Origin: Octopus sinensis
Lineage: Eukaryota
Length of the DNA stretch: 64,000 nt
NCBI RefSeq assembly: GCF_006345805.1
Contig: NC_043003.1
Span: 34,782,001 to 34,846,000 of the forward strand
Reading direction: 5' to 3'
In this document: positions 12,019 through 24,005 of the stretch, one piece after another
Numbering within the stretch: the stretch's first letter is position 1
How the letters are laid out: the number at the start of each line of letters is the position of its first letter
Notes under the pieces: generated by a model
What the model saw: the letters and a program-made list of their open reading frames with translations, nothing else
Told to the model about the DNA's origin: nothing
Database searches by the model: none
Position numbers and translations under genes: made by a program

Positions 12019-12231
12019 GCTTTTATTCCTCCGATTTTGATAAAATAACGTATCATTTAAGTACTGGTGTCGGTTTAATTTACTAAGGCCTCTCCTCCGA
12101 TTTCTAACCTTGTGCCTATGTAAGAACCTAACCTAATGAATGGCTATCTTATGTGTTTCGTTATGTCTCAAGCATATTTGAACCGGAAACATATTAGTAT
12201 TTATACATATCATTGTTTAGCGATTTTGTAC

Positions 12232-12435
12232 AGTACAAGGCCAGCAGTTTCAAGGAGAGAGTATGTTGACTACATCGAACCCTGTGCTCAGCTGGTACTT
12301 ATTTCATGGGGCCCTCACTTCCAAATGGATGGAAAGCAAAGTCGGCTACGGCGGAATTTTAACTCAGAATGTAAACACGGACGAAATTCGCTAAGCATTT
12401 TGACAGGCGTACTTACGATTCTGCCACCTTGCCAT
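12232..12435 (-). mobile_element. SINE family C
   Basis: acaaggccagcag...gctggtactta...gcaaagtcggctacggcggaattttaactcagaa...acgattctgccacc. Confidence 0.8.
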
Positions 12436-12454
12436 CTTAACCCAAACTAATAGA

Positions 12455-12672
12455 GGTTTTAAATTTCAACACAGTGTCAGCGATTTCGGGTAAGGGTCTA
12501 GGTCAATTGCATCGACCACGATGCTCAACTGGTACTTATTTTTACGGAGTCTGAAAGGATAAAATGCAAAGTCGACCCCGGCGGAATCTGAACTCAGATT
12601 TTAAAACGACAGACGAAATGCCGCTAAATATTTTGCCCGTCGTGCTAACGATTCTGCCAACTCGCTATCTTA
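12455..12672 (-). mobile_element. SINE family C, adjacent to the previous copy in the same orientation
   Basis: caactggtactta...gcaaagtcgaccccggcggaatctgaactcag...cgtgctaacgattctgccaactcgc. Confidence 0.82.
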
Positions 12673-13409
12673 ACTTAACCTAATAATATTATCAAGACTG
12701 TGAATGTGGTTGCAAAAGTAAGTACCTGGGCTAAATAAATGTTTAATATCACTCATTTCCATCAATACAATTTTCGAAGCTCAAATATTCCTAATTCCAC
12801 TTATTCACTTGGGCTGATTCAATCGACTTCTCTCTTTCATAGTTGAAGCCATGTATCGGCGTATGAAATCTACGTTACTATTAAATTGTACTGAAAATAA
12901 AATTTCAACTGCAGGTGAAGCGTAATTTGATTAATTGACCAAATTTAGTAAAAACACTTGACCTTCATTCTGCCATGATCAAACGGTATTTCAAATGAGA
13001 AAATGCTGATGTTTTTCTAACATTTAATTTAGCTATCATTTGTAAATACTAAATTTTTTGCTATTCTTCTTTCGTGCAATGTAAAAATATAATAAAGCAA
13101 GCTATTCCACGTATTGTAGGTTTGCGTTCACACGAAATAAAATAATGTGTATAGCAATGCACTACTTGGAGTTTGAATCAGTTACTCCAGGGATGACTTG
13201 TAAAATTGTTTTAGAATTTTTATTGAGAAAAATCTTTATATTTAGTGTTTTCTAATTTTGACATATTGTATCACAGCTTAGTACTTTAGTTGTTGACATG
13301 GATTTCTCGATTACATGAAAAAAAAAATCGAGTTACATTAAAAGAAGTCGACCATCGAACTTGAAAGCAAGTGTAAAAAGAAATATTGTTTCTGTCATTT
13401 TATTGTTGA

Positions 13410-13531
13410 CATTGTCGTCGCCATCATCATCATCATCATCATCATCATCATTATCACCAGAATCGCCGTCATTATCATCAATGTCGTCGTCATCATCATC
13501 CTCATCATCACCGTCATCACCGTCATCACCG

Positions 13532-13604
<73 letters not shown>

Positions 13605-13615
13605 TATCATCATCA
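13410..13615. repeat. (CAT)n/(CGT)n trinucleotide tract
   Basis: Directly visible; source of the poly-D, poly-S and poly-M ORFs. Confidence 0.95.
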
Positions 13616-15294
13616 ATACTTGACATTATTGAAGTCGATGGAATTGCATTAACGTTTGACGATTATATCTGATATCATATGCCCTGATAATGTGGTGTTA
13701 AATCCTGCATGAGTAGACTTTGCCTTTCATCCTTTTAAGGCATCAGTAAATGACACCTCCTGGGATCCATTCAACAAACGCTTGGTATCGTGCCAATGTA
13801 AGAAATCAAAGCGTGTCGTTAACGTTGTAATATAACATAAGGTTAATACTGAATGAACAGAAGTATGATCCAAGGCTTTCCTTCCACGACTACCCTGTCA
13901 TTAGTTTAAGCATACTAAATCTGTGGCTACATTATCTAATGTGACTGACCTTCGTTCATTTTTTAAGACAGCTTTCAATCTCGTACAAGGTGACTTCGAT
14001 AAAACAGATACGTGATCGAAGGTACTCTGGCCACGATCATCCCATCGTTCATAAGATTACTAAATTACATTACCTAATATATCATTTTCCTTTTTAAAAC
14101 ATATGAGGGCATTTAAGGTAGATTTTGTTGCCAATTTGTAGCACTTCTAGCGATGAGGTAGTGATGCTTACGCTTGGTCTAGATGTTTCCGGCAATACTC
14201 TCTACGTACTATTATTCTGTTGATGTCACCCACTGACACTGCAGTGGTTAAGCCGCTTCTATTGATCTTAGTATTGTAGTATTTACTGCTGTCATCGTTA
14301 TCACATTTGTTGAAAAGGTAGTTAAATACTTTTTTCTGGTGGAGGTAGTTGGGGATCCAGGTTGGTTCTGCTACATCAGACATATGATGAAATGCATTGA
14401 AGTAGAAGCACTGCATGTTTAGTGTTATTTCAGATTATATTATTTAATGTGTCTTCCCTTTTTCTTTTAAGGCAGTAAAGTGTGATTTTTAAATAGATTT
14501 AGTTGCTATTTCTTGCAAATTAAGTGACCATACTGAGAATACCTCATTAGCTTGCTTCTTCAAGTTGTCATCGTCGTAGATACCGTTGTTATTGAAGTTA
14601 CAAGTGTAATCATTGTTGCTGTGAATGTTGTGAATGATCTTTCTGATATTATTCGTTGGCTTGCTATTGCTGTTATTATTGAAATTTCAATTTGCCAATG
14701 CTGTATTTCTTGTTGTTTTGCTTGATGTTGTTGTTGTTTTCGTTTTTAAAATTCATACTAATTTTTATGCAGGTTTTGTTCTCCTTACAAATAGTTTTAC
14801 ACTGTTGTTGTTATAGTTGAAGTTGTCTGTACAGCCGTGGTATATATTTATATATGTATATATGTTGTTGTACGAATGGTGTATGTTATGGATTTTGTTG
14901 TTGTTGATGATATTATTGTTTTTGTTATTGTTATTGTTGTTGTTGAAAAATACCGTTTATAAATGGAAAAGCTGACACTAAAGTTGAGCTAAAGAATCAT
15001 TCCAACGATGTGTAATCGTAAACTGTGTAACCTTAAGCTGACTTTGAATTATTACCACAGCTGATAAATTGCAAGATTTAGCAACAGACGTACCTCAAAG
15101 AACTGCAGAAAGGAATTAAATAAAAAGAGGTATGGGCAACGTGCGAATTGTGAAAAAGAAGAAAACAATCAAAAACAAGAAAAAATTTAAGGTTCAAAAT
15201 GAAAGAAAACTAAACTACAAATGGATAACAAAATAGCTTCCCCGACAAAATATTAGATTTATTCCTCTTCCTCCTCCCTCCACCTCATACTCCA

Positions 15295-15327
15295 AGTACA
15301 ACCACTACTACTACTACTACTACTACA

Positions 15328-15396
<69 letters not shown>

Positions 15397-15575
15397 GCTA
15401 CCACTACTACTGTTCCTACTGCTGCTGTTGCTGCTGCTGCTGTTAATGATGATGATGAGGATGATGATAATGATGATGATAGTGATGATGATGATCTTGA
15501 TGGCGATGATAATGATGATGATGACGATGACGATGATGATGGTGATTATGTAGATGGTGATGATGTGGATGATAC
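15295..15575. repeat. Compound (TAC)n-(CTG)n-(GAT)n tract
   Basis: Directly visible. Confidence 0.95.
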
Positions 15576-15936
15576 CTCTGCTGGTGATTTCTTTATTAGC
15601 CACAAGGGCTGAAAAATTAACAAAAACAAGAATAATAATAATAATATATTTATCATGAAAACTATAATTGTGACCACTCCTAAAACAACAACAAGAGTTT
15701 GAAATAGAATAAATAAGAAGATAAATAAATAATCCTGTCTTTTCTTAAGCTAACGTTGAAATATGTTATTGTGCCTCAGGAAGTTTCCAAACAAACAAAG
15801 TTGTACAATAAAAACAAAAACAAAAAAAAAAAAACACAAGAACAACGGCAACAAAACCAATTATCTTCCTCACACGTCTCTTCACTAATCGTTAAGTGAA
15901 ACAAAACAAATACATAAATGCCGAAATAAAGTGAAA

Positions 15937-15968
<32 letters not shown>

Positions 15969-15984
15969 ATTATTAATAATAATT

Positions 15985-16460
15985 GACTACGACGACAACG
16001 TTGATGACGAATATATTCTGCTGCTGATGACGAAGATGATGATAAACATAGAGATGGAAATGATGATGGTGGTGGTGGTGGTGGTGGTGGTGGTGGTGGT
16101 GGTGGTGGTGGTGGTAGTGGTGGTGGTGGTGGTGATGTTGCTGCTGCTGCTGCTGATGGTGATGGTGATGGTGATGATGAAGACGTTGATCCTGAAAATG
16201 GTAATGTTAAGGAGGGAAAGTTTAAAGATGAAGAAGAAGAAGAGGAAGAAGTTCCTGTAACAGCAGCAACAACACAACAGCAGCAGCAGCAGCAGCTGCG
16301 TTGTATGCTGTTTTTGTTGCTGATGGTGGTGCTGCTGTTGTCATTGCTGCTGCTGCTGCTGCTAAATATGATGATGAGGAGGACGAAGATGGGGATGAGG
16401 AGAAGGAGAAAGAAGAAGAGGACCAGTGGAAGAGGTAGAGGATGCAATTGGTTGAGGTGG
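15985..16460. repeat. Compound (GGT)n/(GCT)n/(GAT)n/(GAA)n/(CAG)n tract
   Basis: Directly visible; cryptically simple spacers between pure runs. Confidence 0.92.
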
Positions 16461-16789
16461 TGGACATGAAACGGCAAAAAGATACTTTTTTGTATAAGTT
16501 TGTACAGCATATTTATTCATCATATATAACTGTGTGTGTGTGTGTGCCAGAGATAGAGAGAGATAGAGAGAGACAGACAGACAGAAAGAGAAAGACAGAG
16601 AGAGAAAGTAGGAGAGAGTGAGAGAGAAAGAGAGAGAACAAAGCTTACCATAAAATATGAAAACAAGGCAAAAAAGAAATCACAAAAGCAGAAAAGGCAC
16701 CTCATAATCTTTATGCAATATCTCTTATGTTTCTTTTAGTTTCCCCTCTGTCACTCATTCCTTTTTGGTCTCTAACTCTTGCAAATGAT

Positions 16790-16929
16790 GTAACTGTACC
16801 TGTGGTTCATGATGGAGATGAGAAGGAGGAGGACGATTACGATGAGGAAGAAGATGAAGAAGAACACGGTGTTGATAAAAAGGAGAGTGGTAGTAATAAA
16901 GTTCATTATTGTTGTTGTTGTTGTTTATC

Positions 16930-16966
<37 letters not shown>

Positions 16967-17198
16967 CGACGACGTTGTTAGTTGTTGTTATTATCATTGT
17001 TCGATTGTTCTTTATGTTGCTGTTGCTATTGCTATTCAGTTGCAAGAAGAAGAAAGACAGAGATGGAAAGGATAATGATGGTATTCTTGAAGATAATAAT
17101 GAGTTTAAAAATGGTTATGACGATTGTATTTGTTGTTAGTAGACACAATGTTGATGGCGCGCGTGATGGTACAGATGATGCTAATAATAATAATAATG

Positions 17199-17275
<77 letters not shown>

Positions 17276-17396
17276 GACAACAAGAATAACATTAATAATG
17301 ATGCTACTACTTCTGCTACCACCACCACCACCAATAATAATAATAAAGATGATGATGAGGACGATGATGATGATGATGATAATAATAATAATAATA

Positions 17397-17460
<64 letters not shown>
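16790..17460. repeat. Compound (GAT)n/(GTT)n/(AAT)n tract
   Basis: Directly visible. Confidence 0.92.
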
Positions 17461-17461
<1 letters not shown>

Positions 17462-17857
17462 CATGCAATCCTGTGAATTCATCAGTCAACCACAAGGGAA
17501 AGTTATAATTTGTAAAAGGTTTTAGGCAATTATTTTGCGCTTTTGGTGCCATAAATAGAGTTAGCAGATTAATTGGTCGTGTATCATCGAAGATTCATGA
17601 CTGGCCGACAGAGGTCGACACTGGTAAAAAAAAAATCTATAAAAATAACTAAAAGCAAAAATAGGAAAGGTAACAAACAAGAATGTTTAGCTTAATCTAA
17701 TGGTTAGGTAGTAAGCTATGAGACTTTTGAGTGGAAACTTTCAATATCGTTTTTCGTTGTCGCCATTACTCTTTCTTATTCATTCCAGACCATGCAGTCT
17801 ATGTTTATTGGCAAGTTTGTTCGTGAGGCAGTGTTGCGTTGTCCTGGTGAATTTATG

Positions 17858-17911
<54 letters not shown>

Positions 17912-18084
17912 ACTTAGTCGGTGAGTCACGATTTAAAGTCCCCACCTTAATTCTATCTTATGGCATGAGACTTAAAGGTACATCATTCCTCTACCACGCT
18001 TCAAGGAATTGATTAAAATAACAAGTATAATATATATGTGTGTGCGTGTGTGTACGAATGCATGTGTGTCTGTTTGTGTGTGTA

Positions 18085-18131
<47 letters not shown>

Positions 18132-18799
18132 GGGCAAAATGTCATTTTGAATGTACGTAAGTACTGCAAGGGAAATGCTGGAATACAAACTGTTTCGTAT
18201 AACGTGTTTTGATGTTATTTTATGTCACAGATGTAAACTCGACGACAAGTGGTTAACATTTTGTTAAAAATGATTTATGAAATATTTGTGATGTATAGAT
18301 ATATAGACGAAGATGAACAGGAATGGTATGAAATTAACTAAGTTCGATTTATGAATATATCGATTTTATAGAATCTCGCTGTACAATGATAGTATCACAG
18401 TTACTGATACTTATTAATTGAAATATGGAATCTACCATATAAGATCCGATAGCAGTATGGGAATAAAAGAAATGTGTGTAGAAGAGCTGAGTTGTGTATA
18501 GCTCGATGTGTGATGCATAAAAAACTAATTCTGCGTAGGTGATTGTAGATAATAAACAGCAACATGAGGGAATATAGAAAATTGTGTAAACTTATCTATG
18601 CAGACAGATGGTACTTGGTTATTTGTATGCTATAGATGAAAAATGAAATTAACCTCTTTGATATATGATGTAGATATTCTCTTTTCCTGATCGACAACTA
18701 AACGAAGTCTGGAGGTGATAATTTAGATGTGACTTGAGATAGGTTTATAAGAATATATAATGAAGTTATGGAAATGTAAAGATGAAACTGTGGTTGATA

Positions 18800-19620
18800 A
18801 TTTAAGGTTGTTTAATTATAATAGTATGAGAACAATTGCAGTTAATGGATTCAACTCCAGGTTTGTGTTGATACTTATGTTTTAAGCTTAATGAGATGAT
18901 AGACATTACTCATGAGATTTTAAACATGAACGGTGACAGAATAAACACGATAATTTTGGCCTGTATCTGCGTCAAAACAACTTGTAAGACACTGATAATT
19001 ATGTTTCTTCTGCTGAAGTACAAGCTGAATTTAGTAAAGGTTTGACTGAGAGAAGAAATAATTGATTCTGGTAATTTGCTAGTATTTATATTACAAAATT
19101 ATGAAGAAACGCAAGACTTAATTGACTCCCATTAGATTACAAGCAGTAAGCAGCACACTAGATAGTGCAGGCTATCAACTGTACTGCCGAAATATATGAG
19201 CTTTCCTCTGAGGACGAATGTTATACAGAATAATGCTAACTTGATATAGCGTAGAGAGACGATATTGGCCAAATTACAAAGGTGTCAGCTTTTAGTCCAA
19301 CTAGTTAACATTACATATGTCATTGACCTCGCATTGTATCTGGCAAGAGCGAAGATCATCTGTTCTGTTGGTAAGTGTAGTTCTAGTTCAGCACTGATCG
19401 ATTCGATCTGTGTATGTATATAAAGACTACTAGTCATGGCTTGGTTAGAGAAAGAAGGACAGCGTTCAATGTCATTTTTTTAGGCCATTCAGAAACTTGA
19501 GTCTGAACAGAAGAATAGAAAAGTTCTCTAGCAGAGACTTGATTTAAGTGCTAGCAAAGAGAAGGAAGTCGCCAAACGTACTCTTCGGCTATGTAAAATC
19601 TAGTTTGGAAAAGATTAGTC
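18800..19620 (+). mobile_element. Highly degenerate CR1/L2-type LINE ORF2 fragment (endonuclease-RT linker)
   Basis: About 19490-19610 translates FRNLSLNRRIEKFSSRDLI*VLAKRRKSPNVLFGYVKS, resembling RN..IR.AK..LA..K.NPK.F..YVKS. AVNGFNSR near 18840 weakly resembles GDFN. Boundaries are approximate. Confidence 0.45.
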
Positions 19621-20059
19621 TACTATTATTTCCAACAGTAAACTTGTGAATCTCCGGAGTTCATTATTTAACGGTGTACATAAGATCCCTATACACGAGG
19701 CCGGGCATTCGATGTAAGTTGCTGAGAAGCGTATTGGATTCTTTCGTAACTTACTGAAGTTTATGTGTGTGTGTGTGTGTGTGTCTGTGTGTGCGTGCGT
19801 GTGTGCATTGAAGATACGTATACACACATACATGGTTCCCTTTCTCTATCATGTTCACAATGTCCATCTTACTTCCTCTGCACCTGAACAGGTATATATG
19901 CGTTCACGTATGCTTAATTTTATATATGTTTCTGTGAGTGTGCTGTGCGTGAGCATGTGAGTTGAGACAAACATTATGAACGGTCATGTGGCGCTTATAC
20001 AATGAAAACAAATTTACAGAATTTTCTCTACTATAGTATGACCACACTTATATGATCAT

Positions 20060-20336
20060 GCTGTATATAATATAATATAGCAAAATAATATAATGATATA
20101 ATAAAATATGAATGCACACACTAGTACACATATAAGCACATACATACACACACACTCACAGAGATAAATCTGTACATATACATGTATGTATATATATATA
20201 TATTATATATATATATATTATATATACATATATATACATATATATATACATATATATATATGTACATATGTATATATAACATATATATATATATATATAT
20301 GTACATACATATACATATACAATATATATATGTACA

Positions 20337-20400
<64 letters not shown>
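20060..20400. repeat. Long interrupted (TA)n tract on the 5' side of the PLE
   Basis: Directly visible. Confidence 0.95.
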
Positions 20401-20402
20401 CA

Positions 20403-21351
20403 ACTCCCATCCTCGATATCCTCATTAAGAAAGCTAATAATATAATAGAAACAGACATATACTATAAGCCTACAGACTCTAAGCAATATCTTCCATTCAA
20501 TTCACCACCCCAGACACACCAGGATGAATATCCCCTTCAATCTAGCAAAAAGGATATGCACTATAGTCTCTAACGCAAACACCAGAGACACACGACTACA
20601 AGAACTAAAAGATACCCTAATCACCAGGAACTATCCACCTTCACTTATTGACAAATGCATTCAACGTGCCCTTCAACTTAACATCAAGGAACTGAGACAT
20701 CCCAAATCAAAGAAAAACTTACAACCAAAAGCCTTACCATACATCTCCACACACAACCCTCTCAATAACGAAGCCTTCGACACCATCCTCCACAACATAC
20801 CCCTCCTAAAAAAAGACCACAGAATGAACACAATCCTCCACAACACACACGATCATAAAAAGCAAAAGACAGCCTAGATCCATGAAAAGTCTCCTTACAC
20901 AAGCCCGAATTCACTCTTCAACACAGAAGCCGACAGTAAAAAAATGTGGAAGACCCAATTGCGGGATATGCGACTATCTAATCGAGGGTTCTGAGTTCTC
21001 CTTCAAACAGGGACAACGTTTTACAGTGAAAAGCAACTTCACATGTGCTTCGGAGAACCTAATATACTCACTAACCTGCTCCGGGTGTCAAGAGCAGTAC
21101 ATAGGCCAAACAAAAAATGGTTTGCGTAAACGAATGGCCCTGCACAGATCCCAGATAAAAATTCCCCAAAACAGAAAAATAGCTTTTAGCCAACACATAG
21201 ATACTTGCGCCAACAAAAAAACACAAACTTCAGAATTTTCCCCCTCTACCAATTTAGGGACGATACAACCTCGAGACAACGAATAAGTAAAGAAAATCTC
21301 TTTATTACAAAATACAAGCCACTTCTTAACGGGTCTACGACAAACAATTAA
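20403..21351 (+). pseudogene. PLE ORF remnant: RT thumb, Cys-rich linker and GIY-YIG endonuclease, three frameshifts
   Basis: LDILIKK...[18 protein letters not shown] /fs about 20507/ HPRHTRMNIPFNLAKRI... /fs about 20848/ IIKSKRQPRSMKSLLT...CGRPNCGIC...NLIYSLTCSGCQEQYIGQT...RMALHRSQI /fs about 21222/ FRIFPLYQ...KENLFITKYKPLLN, stop at 21349-21351. Confidence 0.92.
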
Positions 21352-22094
21352 TATACCTCAACTTTAGAATAAAAGAAAAAAAAATATATACACACACAAA
21401 TACTACACTCCATAGAATCCATTACTAATCAGCCCCTTATAGCTATATTTACACATTCATATTTCCCTTCTGTTTTTTTCTTCTTCTTCTTCTTCCTCTT
21501 CTTCTTCATCATCATCGTTATCATCATCATCGGCATCATCATCATCGCCACCATCATCACCACCATCTTCTCCTTCTCCTCCTTCTTCTTCTTCTTCTTC
21601 TTCTTCATCATCATCGTTATCATCATCATCGTCGTCATAATCATACCACCATCACCATCATCGTCATATTCGCCTTCTCCTTCCTTTTCTTCTTCTTCTT
21701 CTTCTTCTCTTCTTCTTCTTCTCTTCTTCTTCTTCTTCTTCTTCTCCACCCCCTACCCCTTAAGTTTGTCACTAATGTTTTTAGTATAACACCTACGCTA
21801 ATTCTATAAACAAGCCTGTCAATATAAATATTCTCCTGAATGAACTGAGACTGCCAGCCGCCACTGACCATTCAAAATACGACCATCAGGGCACTCCCAG
21901 ATTCTCCCACCCCCCTTTCCTCACCAGCCTTCCCTTACTACCCTACCAAGAACTCACAACTACCTCGAACACACAAGTGCAAACAAGGGAGTCAGAGAAA
22001 GGCAGAATGCCACTTAAATCTGAACACTACTATAGAAATATTCTTTTAAAAAACATTTCTTCTAATTTTTCTAAATTTAATTATTTAATCGTTA

Positions 22095-22132
22095 CAGTTG
22101 AAAAGGTCTCAAAATGACCGAAACCGGTACTG
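22095..22132 (+). ncRNA. Minimal type I hammerhead-like motif, core mutated
   Basis: cag-TTGAAAA-ggtc tcaaaat gacc-GAAA-ccgg-TA-ctg. Stem I is cag/ctg, stem II is ggtc/gacc and stem III is the palindrome ACCGGT. C3 and G8 deviate from CUGANGA. Confidence 0.7.
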
Positions 22133-22181
22133 AAATGTTCACTATAAAATTATTTTAGCATTTTCTATTTTTTACTTGTTT

Positions 22182-22248
<67 letters not shown>

Positions 22249-23167
22249 AATATATTATATATATATATATGTATATGTATTATACATATATATATGTATA
22301 TATATATGTAGTATGATATATATATATATATATAACATTAAATGCTGATATGTACGCGCATATCAATGCGTGCGCGTGCAAGTGTGTGTAAATCAAGAAA
22401 ATGAATATTTTAACCAACCTAAGCTCACTTTCAGTCTATTATTTTTATTGTGGCTTATCTAGTTCTTGTGAACTAACACTGTCCACCACACGCATTCATG
22501 CAGATATATGTGCACACATTTGCATGCATGAGTCTCTATATGTGTACATCTCGTGAACACATATACACATATGATATATCGCTTACACTGACGTACGTAA
22601 ACACATAAGCAATGCCAAAAATGCACAGTAACTAACACGCACATACACAATTAGACACACATATAAAATCAATAGAATATTTATATATTTACATGAAAGC
22701 AACAGTAACAGAGAACAGGCAGAAGCGGAGAATTAAGGTGAAGAAACTGATTGACGTCTTATTGAATACAACAAACCACTAATGAAGGAAGACACAGATT
22801 TTGGTAACATTAAAAGTCCACGCAGGCGCACTTGTAATAATTTTATGCTGCTCTTTGAGTCATAGATATACGCATATTGGCATGTTTTTACAATGTGGAA
22901 GTAATTTATTTCTTTATATATTCGTGTACTTTCCTCATTGCGGAAGTATATGGAGTATAATTATCTATCAAATGTTAGTTGAATGAATGGAGGAATAAAC
23001 AGAAAAAAGCACATACACGCATGCGCGCATAAATAAGGCTGCTTTTGGACACAAACTTTGTGTGTGCATGATTATATATGTGCTTGCGAGAGTATGTATT
23101 TATATATATATATATATACAGATATATATATAAATGTAAAACTCTACAATTACTATATATATATATA

Positions 23168-23345
23168 GTCGTTTCATTACGGACATGCTAGAGCAATGAC
23201 TTTAGTCGAGCAAATCGACCCCAGGACCTAGTACTTATTCTATCGTTCTTTTTTGCCGAACCGCTAGAATACGGGGGACGTAAACACACTAGCTTCGGTT
23301 GTCAAGTGATGGTGGGGGGGGGAACACAGATACACAAACACAAAC
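23168..23345 (-). mobile_element. SINE family A, 3' half
   Basis: tttagtcgagcaaatcgaccccagg...ttttgccgaaccgctag...ggggacgtaaacacac...ggttgtcaag. Confidence 0.85.
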
Positions 23346-23485
23346 ACAAACACACACACACACACACACATACGCATACACACACAAAGCTCAGTATCCC
23401 CCACCAATTTATCCAGCAATACTTCAAGTTGAGATAGAGTGAGATTGTTCTAGAGGTGAAAGAGTGAGATTGTTCTAGAGGTGAA

Positions 23486-23870
23486 AGAAAATACATCTAA
23501 AATCCGTCCGCACCAAACCAATAGCTCATTTCGGCAATACTACCCACAGAGAGGGCAGAACAATCAAAAGACATTGAAAGAGAATATATGTGCAAACATT
23601 ATAAAGCCGATGGTAAATAGAGCACAGTATACAAAAGACTGTTTGCGATTTGCCACATATAGTTCATAGTAGAGTTTTACATTTTTTTGCCCCACCAACT
23701 CATTTCGAACTTAATAAATACCATTAGTATTCATTAAGACGCGTAACAAAATTCTTGCAGACCAACTTTAGGTCAAACCCAGTTTGGTGATGCCTGACGA
23801 AGAGAACGAGTTTTATCGATAACGCAACAACTAATAGGACTAATCTCATTTAAACCTACATCACCAGTCA
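23486..23870 (+). mobile_element. Second, older PLE 3' remnant (GIY-YIG C-terminus and pLTR-like end)
   Basis: ORF 23481-23669 contains SFRQYYPQ...LKENICANIIKPMVN, matching the FRIFP...KE....KP.LN terminus of the PLE at 20403. An HHR-like motif follows about 120 nt after the stop. Confidence 0.5.
23785..23866 (+). ncRNA. Degenerate hammerhead-like motif with a long stem II region
   Basis: tggtgatg(c)-CTGACGA-50 nt-TAAACCTA-catcacca. Perfect 8-bp stem I; TAAACCTA differs at two positions from GAAACGTA. Confidence 0.45.
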
Positions 23871-24005
23871 TACTACAAATTATTTCTTTATCTGTATATC
23901 AGATTTACACGCTGATTGTAAAATGATTTTCATCGACAAACTGCCCAGTACCTAATTAATCATCTGACCAACCAAGCTGCTATTCACACAAACATATAAG
24001 CAACT

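Larger units (their letters stand above)
20401..22187 (+). mobile_element. 5'-truncated Penelope-like retroelement (probably Neptune-type) with 3' UTR/pLTR
   Basis: RT-thumb and GIY-YIG coding remnant, then a repeat-rich UTR and an HHR-like motif at 22095. (TA)n on both sides. Confidence 0.88.

Noticed and set aside
12843-12914. Possible 72-nt exon (pyrimidine tract-AG ... CAG/GTGAAG; EAMYRRMKSTLLLNCTENKISTA)
   Set aside because: Weak donor, no recognisable peptide and no partner exons; needs RNA-seq.
14168-14416. 82-aa non-repetitive minus-strand ORF
   Set aside because: No recognisable motif, and the length is within chance expectation.
15776-16510. 244-aa Ser/Pro-rich ORF resembling a transcription-factor low-complexity region
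   Set aside because: Built from trinucleotide runs, contains poly-Cys/Val/Leu stretches and no domain, and the opposite strand looks equally protein-like.
16727-16933. 68-aa ORF with a signal-peptide-like start and acidic tail
   Set aside because: The acidic part is GAN-repeat derived and the acidic frame hops repeatedly downstream; no independent support.
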